Source of the DNA: Planctomycetota bacterium
GTDB lineage: Bacteria; Planctomycetota; Phycisphaerae; Phycisphaerales; UBA1924
Direction of reading: 5' to 3'
Assembly: GCA_023432465.1 (NCBI GenBank)
Contig: JAEYUO010000117.1
Coordinates: 25,239-89,238 of the forward strand
DNA length: 64,000 nt
A model generated the notes under the pieces. It made no database searches, had not been told where the DNA came from, and saw only the letters and a program-made list of their open reading frames with translations. The position numbers were made by a program, and so were the translations under genes. This document shows, piece after piece, positions 24,101 through 30,905 of this stretch (position 1 is the first letter of the stretch; each line of letters opens with the position of its first letter).

Positions 24101-24527
24101 GCGCGTGCAGGCCCGCTTCGAGAAGTACGGGGCCGCTCTCTTTCGCGGTCGCGCCGTGGCGGCCGTCGTGATCAATCTCTACCTGATTGGCAATCAGGAG
24201 ACGCGAACCGTCATCGCTGGTGAGCCGAAAGCGGTATGTTCCCTTGTCCACGATTTTCAGATATCCCCGAACGTGGGTCAGGATGGGTGCGGGGAGATCC
24301 GGGAAGGGGTGCACTTCGCCCAGATCCAGTGTGGGAATGACCGTGTCAGCATTAGGTGTCTGGCTCGCGGCCAGCCGCGGAATCGAGCGTACATCGCCGC
24401 TGACCTGGTACACGCGAACAGTCAGACCGGGCATATGCTCGGCATCGGGCTGTTGACCGGCGAGCGCGCCAAGGGCGACAAGCGATACGGCAAGCCAGAT
24501 CGCTGCGGCAAGCAGGGGACTGTTCAT
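21159..24527 (-). CDS. Secreted multidomain protein: PA14 domain + quinoprotein (glucose/sorbosone) dehydrogenase-like beta-propeller + two DUF1080 (3-keto-disaccharide hydrolase-like) domains
   Basis: ORF 21159..24677. I moved the start to ATG 24527, which gives the signal peptide 'MNSPLLAAAIWLAVSLVALGALAG'. A PA14-like stretch 'TYRFRLTSDDGSRLLIANQVEIDHDG' is present. The propeller region carries 'DTDGDGFFE'. The C-terminal DUF1080-like repeats read 'HVEWYSPPGGEGQMAGNSGVYLQERYEIQVLG' and 'FELLVEFKIDAEFNSGIQIRS...GRIALQVH'. Confidence 0.8.
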   Translation of the reverse strand: MNSPLLAAAIWLAVSLVALGALAGQQPDAEHMPGLTVRVYQVSGDVRSIPRLAASQTPNADTVIPTLDLGEVHPFPDLPAPILTHVRGYLKIVDKGTYRFRLTSDDGSRLLIANQVEIDHDGRHGATAKESGPVLLEAGLHALLVEHFDSGGRRMLRLEWKPPGAPEFSLITPEVLSTDADAARVTSPGVKSLFEEGRPGDGRPVEGVHPSFTLTPILPPDFSPKVGAMCFLPDGRLVVGTFSPLQRTETDLPDIESKVPDKLYALSNVTTGDPSKVQVVPIADGLFEPSGLVAVGDKLYVSHRCAISELTDTDGDGFFESRRDIASGWECWNYHQFTFGLLHGDGKLYAALSTAMAPPAWEGMGTNAGPNGPLRGCIIEADIASGTFSVIAAGTRTPNGIGWGPAGTMFYSDNQGVWMSTSQLGEVVPGRFFGHYNNTEFVPKLAERFPSGGSPSAWGDRLRAPTAIYLPQNELANSPSQPLLIDRGPYAGQMFVGEITAGGIRRVALEKVNGVWQGAAFRFTQGLSCGINRLAWGPDGALYAGGIGASGNWSWEDKRSGLDRLVPNDTVTFEMHSVSALADGFEIRFTKPVDRAWLSDVSNFTASQWGYIHTKEYGGPKSREQKLEITSAAPSADGLTVRLTIKGLRPDSCILLRTDPKSVDGDVMWSTEAWYTLNQIPAQAPPAPSNLAGTPIDPTVSGVGVGVPPPADAAVLIGRAARNACEFAPRLKDRPTDGRSQADILAAPEYVEVGNGSGDLISRNAFGDCRLHVEWYSPPGGEGQMAGNSGVYLQERYEIQVLGTLAGDRALQANEAGAIYNLKPASVNASTGPGAWQAYDIWFRAPRFEDGKKVSNARITAYWNGILIHDDVEVNGPTGSAAGGAERSTLPMQVGSLRLQDHASAAEGPVRYRNVWIAPLDPVPSSPGPWRSLFDGESLEGWAVRGGNADFQVHDGAIVGTSRPNSPNTFLVSTQEYADFELLVEFKIDAEFNSGIQIRSAVDGGFANRDGRLVGYQVEIDPTSRAYTGGIYDEGRRGWIYPLIDNPAARGALKSDDWNQLRIVAVGPSLRTWLNGIPAADVFDALDQSGRIALQVHSVGDRADELRARFRNIRIRELTRAP

Positions 24528-24534
24528 GGCGGAA

Positions 24535-24726
24535 CTATAACGGATGAGGGCCGCGGGCAGGATCCGGAGCGGGCGTTGCCGCCGGCTCGTCATCGTCAAA
24601 GAGCATGCGGTGGGACGGGGTGTCGAGATCGTCAAACTGTCCCTGCCGGACGGCGTAGGCGAAGGCGACAACGGCACACCCGGCGAGGATGAATGCCAGC
24701 GGCAGAATGACGAAGAGCACGCTCAC
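24535..24726 (-). CDS. ccoS: cbb3 oxidase maturation protein CcoS/FixS (63 aa)
   Basis: Only the last 63 codons of track ORF 24535..25362 are used. A GTG start at 24726 overlaps the ccoI stop (GTGA). The product '(M)SVLFVILPLAFILAGCAVVAFAYAVRQGQFDDLDTPSHRMLFDDD' matches the CcoS pattern of a TM helix followed by SGQFDDLD. Confidence 0.8.
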   Translation of the reverse strand: MSVLFVILPLAFILAGCAVVAFAYAVRQGQFDDLDTPSHRMLFDDDEPAATPAPDPARGPHPL

Positions 24727-27293
24727 GGTCTGCCTCCTCTGCAACGGAAGGCATCGGTGCGCATGCAGATCGCGAGAACTGTCAGTGAGCTCGCGGGCAT
24801 GACAATCGCCGCAATGAGCGGGTTGATCAGCCCGGCCACCGAGAGTGTACCTGCCACGATGTTGTAGCAGAGAGATGCCCCAAGGCAGACTTTGATCGTC
24901 CGCATGGTCAACCGGGCACCGGTCGTGAGTTCGACGATCGATCCGAGGCCCGGCTTTGACAGGTACACATCCGCCGCGGCAAGGCTTGCCTCGGCACCGC
25001 CGTGGACGGCGATGCCAACGCTCGCCATCGCGAGTGCCGCGGCGTCGTTCACACCATCGCCCACCATCACCACAGGCTGGCCGCTTTGGGCCTGGAGCGT
25101 GCGGACGGCCTCGAGCTTGCCCTCGGGGCTGACTCCGCCGCGAGCCTGCGATGCAGGGACTCCGAGCTCGCTCGCAACGGCGCGAACGACGCCGGGGTGA
25201 TCGCCGGAGAGGATCTCCGGTCGCCACCCGGAACTGCGGAGCGTCTGCAGTGCGGCGGCCGTATCCGTGCGGATCGGATCGCCCAGACCAAGACAGGCGA
25301 CCACCCGGTGGCCCTCCGATACAAGGACCGGTGTCAGCCCGGAAGTAGCCAGCGATGTGCACCGGTTGGCCGATTCATCGTCCAGCCCGCCGAGGCGAGC
25401 GGCGATGAAGGCCGGCGACCCGATGGTCAGGGTGCGGCCGTTGACGGTGCCTTCGATCCCGGAGCCAAGCGTCTGGAAGGCTTGAACCTTCGTGGGGATC
25501 GATGGCGAGAAGGCCTCGGATACCGCCCGGGCGATGGGGTGGTTCGACTGACTCTCGATCGCGCCGATGAGAGGCTTCAGGGCCTCATCACCACTCCAGC
25601 GGACAACGCTCATTCGGCCTTCGGTCAGCGTGCCGGTCTTATCCAGGAGCATTGTGCCGGGGGTCGCGACCACCTGGAGCGCCTCACCGCCCTTGATCAG
25701 GATGCCCCGCCGAGCAGCGCGGCCGATCGCGACTGTGAGCGCGAGTGGTGTGGCCAGACCCAGCGCGCAGGGGCACGTAACCACCAGCAGCGCGGTTGCG
25801 TGATCGATCGCGAGCGACGGGTTTGATGGGTGCAGCCAGAGCCAGAGGCCGAGCGTGATCGCGGCGAGGGCGAGCATTCCGGCTAGGAACCACCCCGCGA
25901 TGCGATCCGCCAGCCGAACGATCGGGGCCTTCTGATCCAGCGATTGCTGGACCAGCAGCATCAGTCTGCCAACTCGTGTCTGGGTTCCCGTCGCCTCGAC
26001 GCGGACCCGGATCGTTGAGCCGAGGTTGACGGTCCCGGCACAGACGTGATCACCGGTCTCGACACTCACCGGTCGAGACTCTCCCGTGAGCAGGGACTGA
26101 TCGACCTGTGTCAGCCCGGCCACAACAACTCCATCGACCGGGACGGACTCTCCCGGGCGGACCTCCACAATCTGCCCGCAGAGGATGCTCTGAACCGAGA
26201 CCTCGCGGATCGTGCCGTTGCTCGCCGGATCCGTGTCGCTCTCCTCCACGATGCGGGCGCTGGTGGGTGTCAGCGAGAACAGCATCTCGACCGCATCCGA
26301 GCTGCGTCTCTGCTGGCGATGCTGGATGAAGCGGCCCACCAGGAGCAGGAACACCAGCACGCTCAGCGTGTCGAAGTAGATCTCGCCGGTGCCGCGGATC
26401 GTGTTGACAACTCCCCAGATGCCGCCAGCGCCCAGGGCAAGGGCGATGGGGATATCCAGGTGCATGGTCCGGGTGCGCACCGCCGCCCACGCGGAGCGGA
26501 AGAACACCGACCCCGGCCAGACAAGCGCGATCACCGTGATCGCCATGCTGCTGACGCGGAACAGCGTTGCGTAGGCCGGTTCCATGGCATCGAACAGGCC
26601 CGCGTAGAGCGCGAGCCCCAGCAGCATGACGTTGCCCGCGCACGCCCCCGCCACACCGAGTCGGATCAAACGCTTGCGGTCATCGGCCCGGCGAGCCTCG
26701 CGGTCGGTTGCATCCCGTGCGGGATGTGGGGAGTACCCAAGAGCATTGAGACTCCGAGCGACCTGGGACAACGCCACACGCCGATCTTCCCAGACGATGC
26801 GGACCATGCCGCGGCGGAGATCGAGCCGCGATTCCACAACTCCCGGGCACACACGAGGGAGCCTCTCCACAAGCCACACACACGCGGAGCAGTGAACGCC
26901 TTCGATGAACAGTTCGACGGTGCGCAGCCTCGTCGATCCGTCTGCGCTCGTCGTGCCTTCGTCATCGGCTTTGGCCGGCGCTTCGAGAGAGCGGCAGTAC
27001 AGCGCTTGAAACGCAGCGTCGTCGAACTCCGCGAACCGGGCGTTGGTCGATCGCGCAGGAGTGCGCTCTTCCTCGCTTTCAAGGCGTTTGCGGAGCTCGT
27101 AGTACCGGTCGAGGCCGCAGGAGTGGATGATCTCGTAGGCGGTGCGGCAACCGGCGCAGCAGAACTGTCGCTCTGCGCTGGGATCAATCAGGCCCGCGGG
27201 CACGGGGAGCATGCAGTGCGTGCAGGAGACGTGTCGCGCGGGCGACGCGGCCAAGTTTGAAGGAGCCTGCGAAGACGTCGTGTGCGGACTCAT
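24723..27293 (-). CDS. ccoI: Copper-translocating P1B-type ATPase CcoI/FixI
   Basis: Motifs 'VVTCPCALGLATP', 'DKTGTLTEG' and 'MVGDGVNDAAALA' are present, along with N-terminal Cys pairs. It sits inside the cco maturation cluster. Confidence 0.9.
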   Translation of the reverse strand: MSPHTTSSQAPSNLAASPARHVSCTHCMLPVPAGLIDPSAERQFCCAGCRTAYEIIHSCGLDRYYELRKRLESEEERTPARSTNARFAEFDDAAFQALYCRSLEAPAKADDEGTTSADGSTRLRTVELFIEGVHCSACVWLVERLPRVCPGVVESRLDLRRGMVRIVWEDRRVALSQVARSLNALGYSPHPARDATDREARRADDRKRLIRLGVAGACAGNVMLLGLALYAGLFDAMEPAYATLFRVSSMAITVIALVWPGSVFFRSAWAAVRTRTMHLDIPIALALGAGGIWGVVNTIRGTGEIYFDTLSVLVFLLLVGRFIQHRQQRRSSDAVEMLFSLTPTSARIVEESDTDPASNGTIREVSVQSILCGQIVEVRPGESVPVDGVVVAGLTQVDQSLLTGESRPVSVETGDHVCAGTVNLGSTIRVRVEATGTQTRVGRLMLLVQQSLDQKAPIVRLADRIAGWFLAGMLALAAITLGLWLWLHPSNPSLAIDHATALLVVTCPCALGLATPLALTVAIGRAARRGILIKGGEALQVVATPGTMLLDKTGTLTEGRMSVVRWSGDEALKPLIGAIESQSNHPIARAVSEAFSPSIPTKVQAFQTLGSGIEGTVNGRTLTIGSPAFIAARLGGLDDESANRCTSLATSGLTPVLVSEGHRVVACLGLGDPIRTDTAAALQTLRSSGWRPEILSGDHPGVVRAVASELGVPASQARGGVSPEGKLEAVRTLQAQSGQPVVMVGDGVNDAAALAMASVGIAVHGGAEASLAAADVYLSKPGLGSIVELTTGARLTMRTIKVCLGASLCYNIVAGTLSVAGLINPLIAAIVMPASSLTVLAICMRTDAFRCRGGRP

Positions 27294-28075
27294 TTGTCCT
27301 CCCCGTGACAGCAGGGGGGAAGGTCGGTGTTCACTTCTGCCCGGGTGGTGCCGTTGTCATTGACCAAGCGGACCGCCGCCTCGGGCTTGGCGAGCGCCGG
27401 CAGCGTCAATCGCCCAAAGACCGTGTACGTCCCGACGACAACCAGCAGGATGCTGGTCAGCACCGGCAGGCGTGACCGCAGTGGCCCGGCGAGCGTCTGT
27501 GCTCCAAGACCGATCCCCGCCAGTATGGGCAATGTTCCCGCCCAGAACACCGCCATCACCGCCGCGCCGTACAGGGGGTGGGCAGTGCCCGCCGCGGTGA
27601 CCGCGAACGCGTACAGCCAGCCGCAGGGCAGCAGCGTCGTGAGCAATCCCACCGTCCATGCGCGGGCGAGCGGGGAAGCGCCTGCAACAGCGCGGTGCCC
27701 CGCGGCCACAAGCGTCGTGAGAAGCGTGGGCATCGGGAGACGACGGATGCGTACGCCGCGAATGCGAAGCAGCGCCACGAGGCCGAAGCAGATCATGAGC
27801 CCGCCGGCGAGAACCGCTGCGGCACGCTGAACACCGATCATCGAGCCGCCAAGGTCCAGCGCGGCCCCGAGAGAACCCGCCGCGGCACCGAGCAGGGTGT
27901 ACGTCACCAGCCTTCCCGTGCTGTATGCGATGTTGAGCGCGATCCGTGAGCGCCAAACGCTTGGCGCATCTTCGGGCGTCGCGACCGCGAACAGCACGAA
28001 CGCGCCGCACATGCCGGCGCAGTGTGTGCTGCCGAGCAGGCTTGCGATCAGGACTGCCAACAGAAGCGAGGTCAC
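27290..28075 (-). CDS. DsbD_2 / TauE-SafE-like membrane protein
   Basis: The N-terminal 'GSTHCAGMCGAF' motif, six or more TM helices and a C-terminal 'PPCCHGEDK' are present. It overlaps both neighbouring genes by 4 nt. Confidence 0.7.
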   Translation of the reverse strand: MTSLLLAVLIASLLGSTHCAGMCGAFVLFAVATPEDAPSVWRSRIALNIAYSTGRLVTYTLLGAAAGSLGAALDLGGSMIGVQRAAAVLAGGLMICFGLVALLRIRGVRIRRLPMPTLLTTLVAAGHRAVAGASPLARAWTVGLLTTLLPCGWLYAFAVTAAGTAHPLYGAAVMAVFWAGTLPILAGIGLGAQTLAGPLRSRLPVLTSILLVVVGTYTVFGRLTLPALAKPEAAVRLVNDNGTTRAEVNTDLPPCCHGEDK

Positions 28076-28554
28076 TTCGTCTCCAACGCCGGAATGCTGG
28101 TCTTGTGGATCACGGTGTGACCACGAGACTCGATGGTGAGTTCAATGTTCCACTGGCCGGAATAGTTCAGGTCGATCGGCGAGGTGTAGATGCCGGGCTC
28201 GGTCTCGCGGCAGAGAAGCCGGACCCGGGCGGTTGCCCGCTGGCTGGGGAAGGCCTCCGCGCGGATCGATGCACCCACGATGGGTGCGCCGGAGTTCTCG
28301 CGGATCGCGGCTCGCAACACGGTCGCCTGGGACTCGGCATCACGCTCGAACGTCGTGACGTAGGTCCAGCCGAGGGCGGCGGCCTCGCGCTCCTGCTTGC
28401 GGATCTCGTCGTGCGCGAGGGCCTTGCGGTAGTAATCGGGCTCGATGGCCGCGCCGCCGTTCATGTTCGCGGCGTAGACCGTGACCCCCACGATGAGGAC
28501 ATTCATGCCCAGCAGCACAAAGACAATGCCCGGGAAGATGCGCGGCCGTTTCAT
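28072..28554 (-). CDS. FixH-like protein
   Basis: ATG 28554 overlaps the ccoG stop (ATGA). There is a single N-terminal TM helix 'IFPGIVFVLLGMNVLIVGVTVYA' followed by a periplasmic beta-rich domain. Its position between ccoG and ccoI matches fixGHIS order. Confidence 0.7.
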   Translation of the reverse strand: MKRPRIFPGIVFVLLGMNVLIVGVTVYAANMNGGAAIEPDYYRKALAHDEIRKQEREAAALGWTYVTTFERDAESQATVLRAAIRENSGAPIVGASIRAEAFPSQRATARVRLLCRETEPGIYTSPIDLNYSGQWNIELTIESRGHTVIHKTSIPALETK

Positions 28555-30005
28555 TGTGGCGACCCTCTCGATCGGGAGCTTGGCCCGACCATGATAAACC
28601 GTGAATCTCGCGTCCTGTCCTCGCCGCTTTCCACGCGGATCACGGCGACACACCTGCCGTCCTTGAACGCCGATGGCGGGACGATGATCCCGCCGGTGAT
28701 GGCGCGCGTTTCACCCGGATTCAGCGTCGCCGGCGGATCGTCGAGTCGAAGCTCGGCGCCCTCGGGCGAGATGACGGTGAAGGTGACCGGTGCGACGACG
28801 TCAAGCCGATTGGCGAGCTTGAGACTGACAGGGTTGCGGATGTTGCCGTCGCTCAGCGTCGAGAAGGGGAGCCCCAGGCCGCGCGTGACGATCAGTTCCA
28901 CGCCCCCGGTCGTTGAGAGGACAAGGAGGAAGAGCGTCGCCACGACGAGCAGGATCGCGGGATACACGATGACGCGCGGGCGGAGGATGTGCGGCTTCTC
29001 TCCGGCCATCGACGCCTCGGAGCTGTAGCGGATCAGCCCCTTGGGACGACCGATCTTGGTCATCACCGCATCGCATGCATCGATGCACTGCGCACAGCCG
29101 ATGCACTCCATCTGCAACCCGTTGCGGATGTCGATTCCGGTGGGGCAGGTGGTCACGCAGAGATGGCAGTCGATGCAATCGCCCAGCGCTGCGGGTTCAT
29201 CGGTCTGGCCGACTGTCAGGGTCACTGGCGTCGCGACCTTGCGGCGGGCCTTGCCCCGGGGCTCGCCGCGTTTGCGGTCATAGCTGATGATGAGGGACTG
29301 GCGATCAAGCAGGGCGGCCTGGAAGCGGCCGTAGGGGCAGGCGACCAGGCACACTTGTTCGCGGAAGAAGCCGAAGTCAAAGAGCATGAGCCCGGTGACA
29401 ATGACCACCACGGCAAATCCGATCGGGTGATTCAGCGGCGAGCCAAAGATCCAGTGGCGAAGCTGCTCCACTCCCACGAAGTAGGCGAGGAATGTGTGTG
29501 CGAGGAATGCGGCAGCGATGAGGTAGACGACGTACTTCAGAAACTTGGCCAGGCCGGAGCCCTTGAAGCCGCCCGTGCGAACGCGGCCGGGCGCACCCTC
29601 GAAGAGGCGCTCGATCGGACGGAACAGGAACTCCATGTACACCGTTTGCGGACACCCCCACCCGCACCAGACGCGGCCGAACAGGGCGGTGATGAAGAAG
29701 ATGGCCAGGAACACGCCGACCATCAGCAGAGCGATGAGGAGCGTGTCAGTGGGGAGAAAAGTCTTGCCGAACAGCGTGAACCGGCGAGCAGGCAGGTCCA
29801 GCAGCACCAGCGGCTTGCCGTTGATCGACAGATAGGGAATGAGCGTGAAGATCGCGATGAGCAGATAGGCGACAGCGCGACGTGCGGTCAGAAAGCGGCC
29901 GAGGGAGAGCTTCGGGGTGATCCAGCGACGCGATCCGTCGTCGTTGAGCGTCGAGAGAATGCTCCCCGCCTCGGAGTCGACCGGCGGTGAGTTGTCGGCG
30001 TTCAT
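28551..30005 (-). CDS. ccoG: Cytochrome c oxidase accessory protein CcoG/FixG (4Fe-4S ferredoxin membrane protein)
   Basis: It carries 'CGWGCPQTVYME' and 'CIDCHLCVTTCPTGIDIRNG...CIGCAQCIDACD'. Confidence 0.9.
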   Translation of the reverse strand: MNADNSPPVDSEAGSILSTLNDDGSRRWITPKLSLGRFLTARRAVAYLLIAIFTLIPYLSINGKPLVLLDLPARRFTLFGKTFLPTDTLLIALLMVGVFLAIFFITALFGRVWCGWGCPQTVYMEFLFRPIERLFEGAPGRVRTGGFKGSGLAKFLKYVVYLIAAAFLAHTFLAYFVGVEQLRHWIFGSPLNHPIGFAVVVIVTGLMLFDFGFFREQVCLVACPYGRFQAALLDRQSLIISYDRKRGEPRGKARRKVATPVTLTVGQTDEPAALGDCIDCHLCVTTCPTGIDIRNGLQMECIGCAQCIDACDAVMTKIGRPKGLIRYSSEASMAGEKPHILRPRVIVYPAILLVVATLFLLVLSTTGGVELIVTRGLGLPFSTLSDGNIRNPVSLKLANRLDVVAPVTFTVISPEGAELRLDDPPATLNPGETRAITGGIIVPPSAFKDGRCVAVIRVESGEDRTRDSRFIMVGPSSRSRGSPQ

Positions 30006-30062
30006 GGCCTGTTTCTCCAGTCGACTTGGGCGAACATCGAGTCGGACACCTTCGATCTCGGC

Positions 30063-30674
30063 CTACTTCGTCTCAGTCTCAGCCGGGATGGGCGGCCACG
30101 GGTCGATCGGCTGCCCTTCGGGCGGCTTGGGATTGGCGGGGGTTGTGCCGCGAAGGTTCGCGACATACGCGGTGAGGATGACCCGCTCATTCTGCGAGAG
30201 GCGGTTCTCCCACGCAGGCATCGCCTGTCCGCCGGCGCCGCGCGTGATGACGTTGTACAAGTCCTCGAGCCTTCGAACGTTCTTGTAGCTTTCGTCGGTG
30301 AGGTTGACGCCGCTGCTGTCCACGCCGCCGCCGTCCTTCGCATGGCACTGGGCGCAGTTGCCTACGAAGATCGCCTCGGCGACTTCCAGCAGGCTGGTGT
30401 TGGCTCGCATCGCCTGAATGGTCGCCGCATCGTCGGCGAGATCGCCGACTTTGCCGAAGAGCCTTCTGCTCTCCTCGACCTTCGCGGCCTGCCAGGCGTC
30501 GGTCACGGTCCACGACTCGGAACTGGCCTGGAAGAACAGGAAGTAGAACACCGAGAACACGATGCTCGCAAGGAAGAGCATGTGCCACCAGCCCGGGGTC
30601 GGGTTGTCGTACTCTCGGATGCCGTCATACTCGTGCGCGAGAAGGTTCTCTTCGCTGTGGTGCTTGCCGCTCAT
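30063..30674 (-). CDS. ccoP: cbb3-type cytochrome c oxidase subunit III (CcoP), single CxxCH seen
   Basis: I moved the start to ATG 30674, which has AAGGAAGG upstream. It carries 'HEYDGIREYDNPTPGWWHMLF' (the CcoP N-terminal signature) and one haem site 'CAQCH'. Confidence 0.8.
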   Translation of the reverse strand: MSGKHHSEENLLAHEYDGIREYDNPTPGWWHMLFLASIVFSVFYFLFFQASSESWTVTDAWQAAKVEESRRLFGKVGDLADDAATIQAMRANTSLLEVAEAIFVGNCAQCHAKDGGGVDSSGVNLTDESYKNVRRLEDLYNVITRGAGGQAMPAWENRLSQNERVILTAYVANLRGTTPANPKPPEGQPIDPWPPIPAETETK

Positions 30675-30710
30675 CTTCGGTGATCCTTCCTTCAATCCGC
30701 GGTTCCGGGT

Positions 30711-30887
30711 TCAGCGGTCGCGGGGCGCATCTTCGAGGGGGAGCTGGGCCGCTTCGGCGTAGTCCTTGGCGTGGCGGTTTCGCAGCACACGCCACGATAC
30801 CGCGATGAACACGCCCAGAAAAATGACCAGGGCCACTTGGGGAAACGTCGCCAGATTCATGTTGCTCACGATGTCGCTCATACGCAT
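30711..30887 (-). CDS. ccoQ: cbb3 oxidase small subunit CcoQ/FixQ-like (58 aa, not in ORF track)
   Basis: My own translation gives 'MRMSDIVSNMNLATFPQVALVIFLGVFIAVSWRVLRNRHAKDYAEAAQLPLEDAPRDR'. AGGAGA lies upstream of the ATG. It is a single TM helix followed by '...AAQLPLED', as in FixQ. It sits between ccoNO and ccoP. Confidence 0.65.
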   Translation of the reverse strand: MRMSDIVSNMNLATFPQVALVIFLGVFIAVSWRVLRNRHAKDYAEAAQLPLEDAPRDR

Positions 30888-30905
30888 CGTCGGTCTCCTG
30901 CGGGG

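Noticed and set aside
24535-25362. 275-aa ORF in the track overlapping the 3' half of ccoI.
   Set aside because: Only its last 63 codons make sense, as CcoS starting at GTG 24726. The upstream part is antisense-frame noise inside the P-type ATPase gene.
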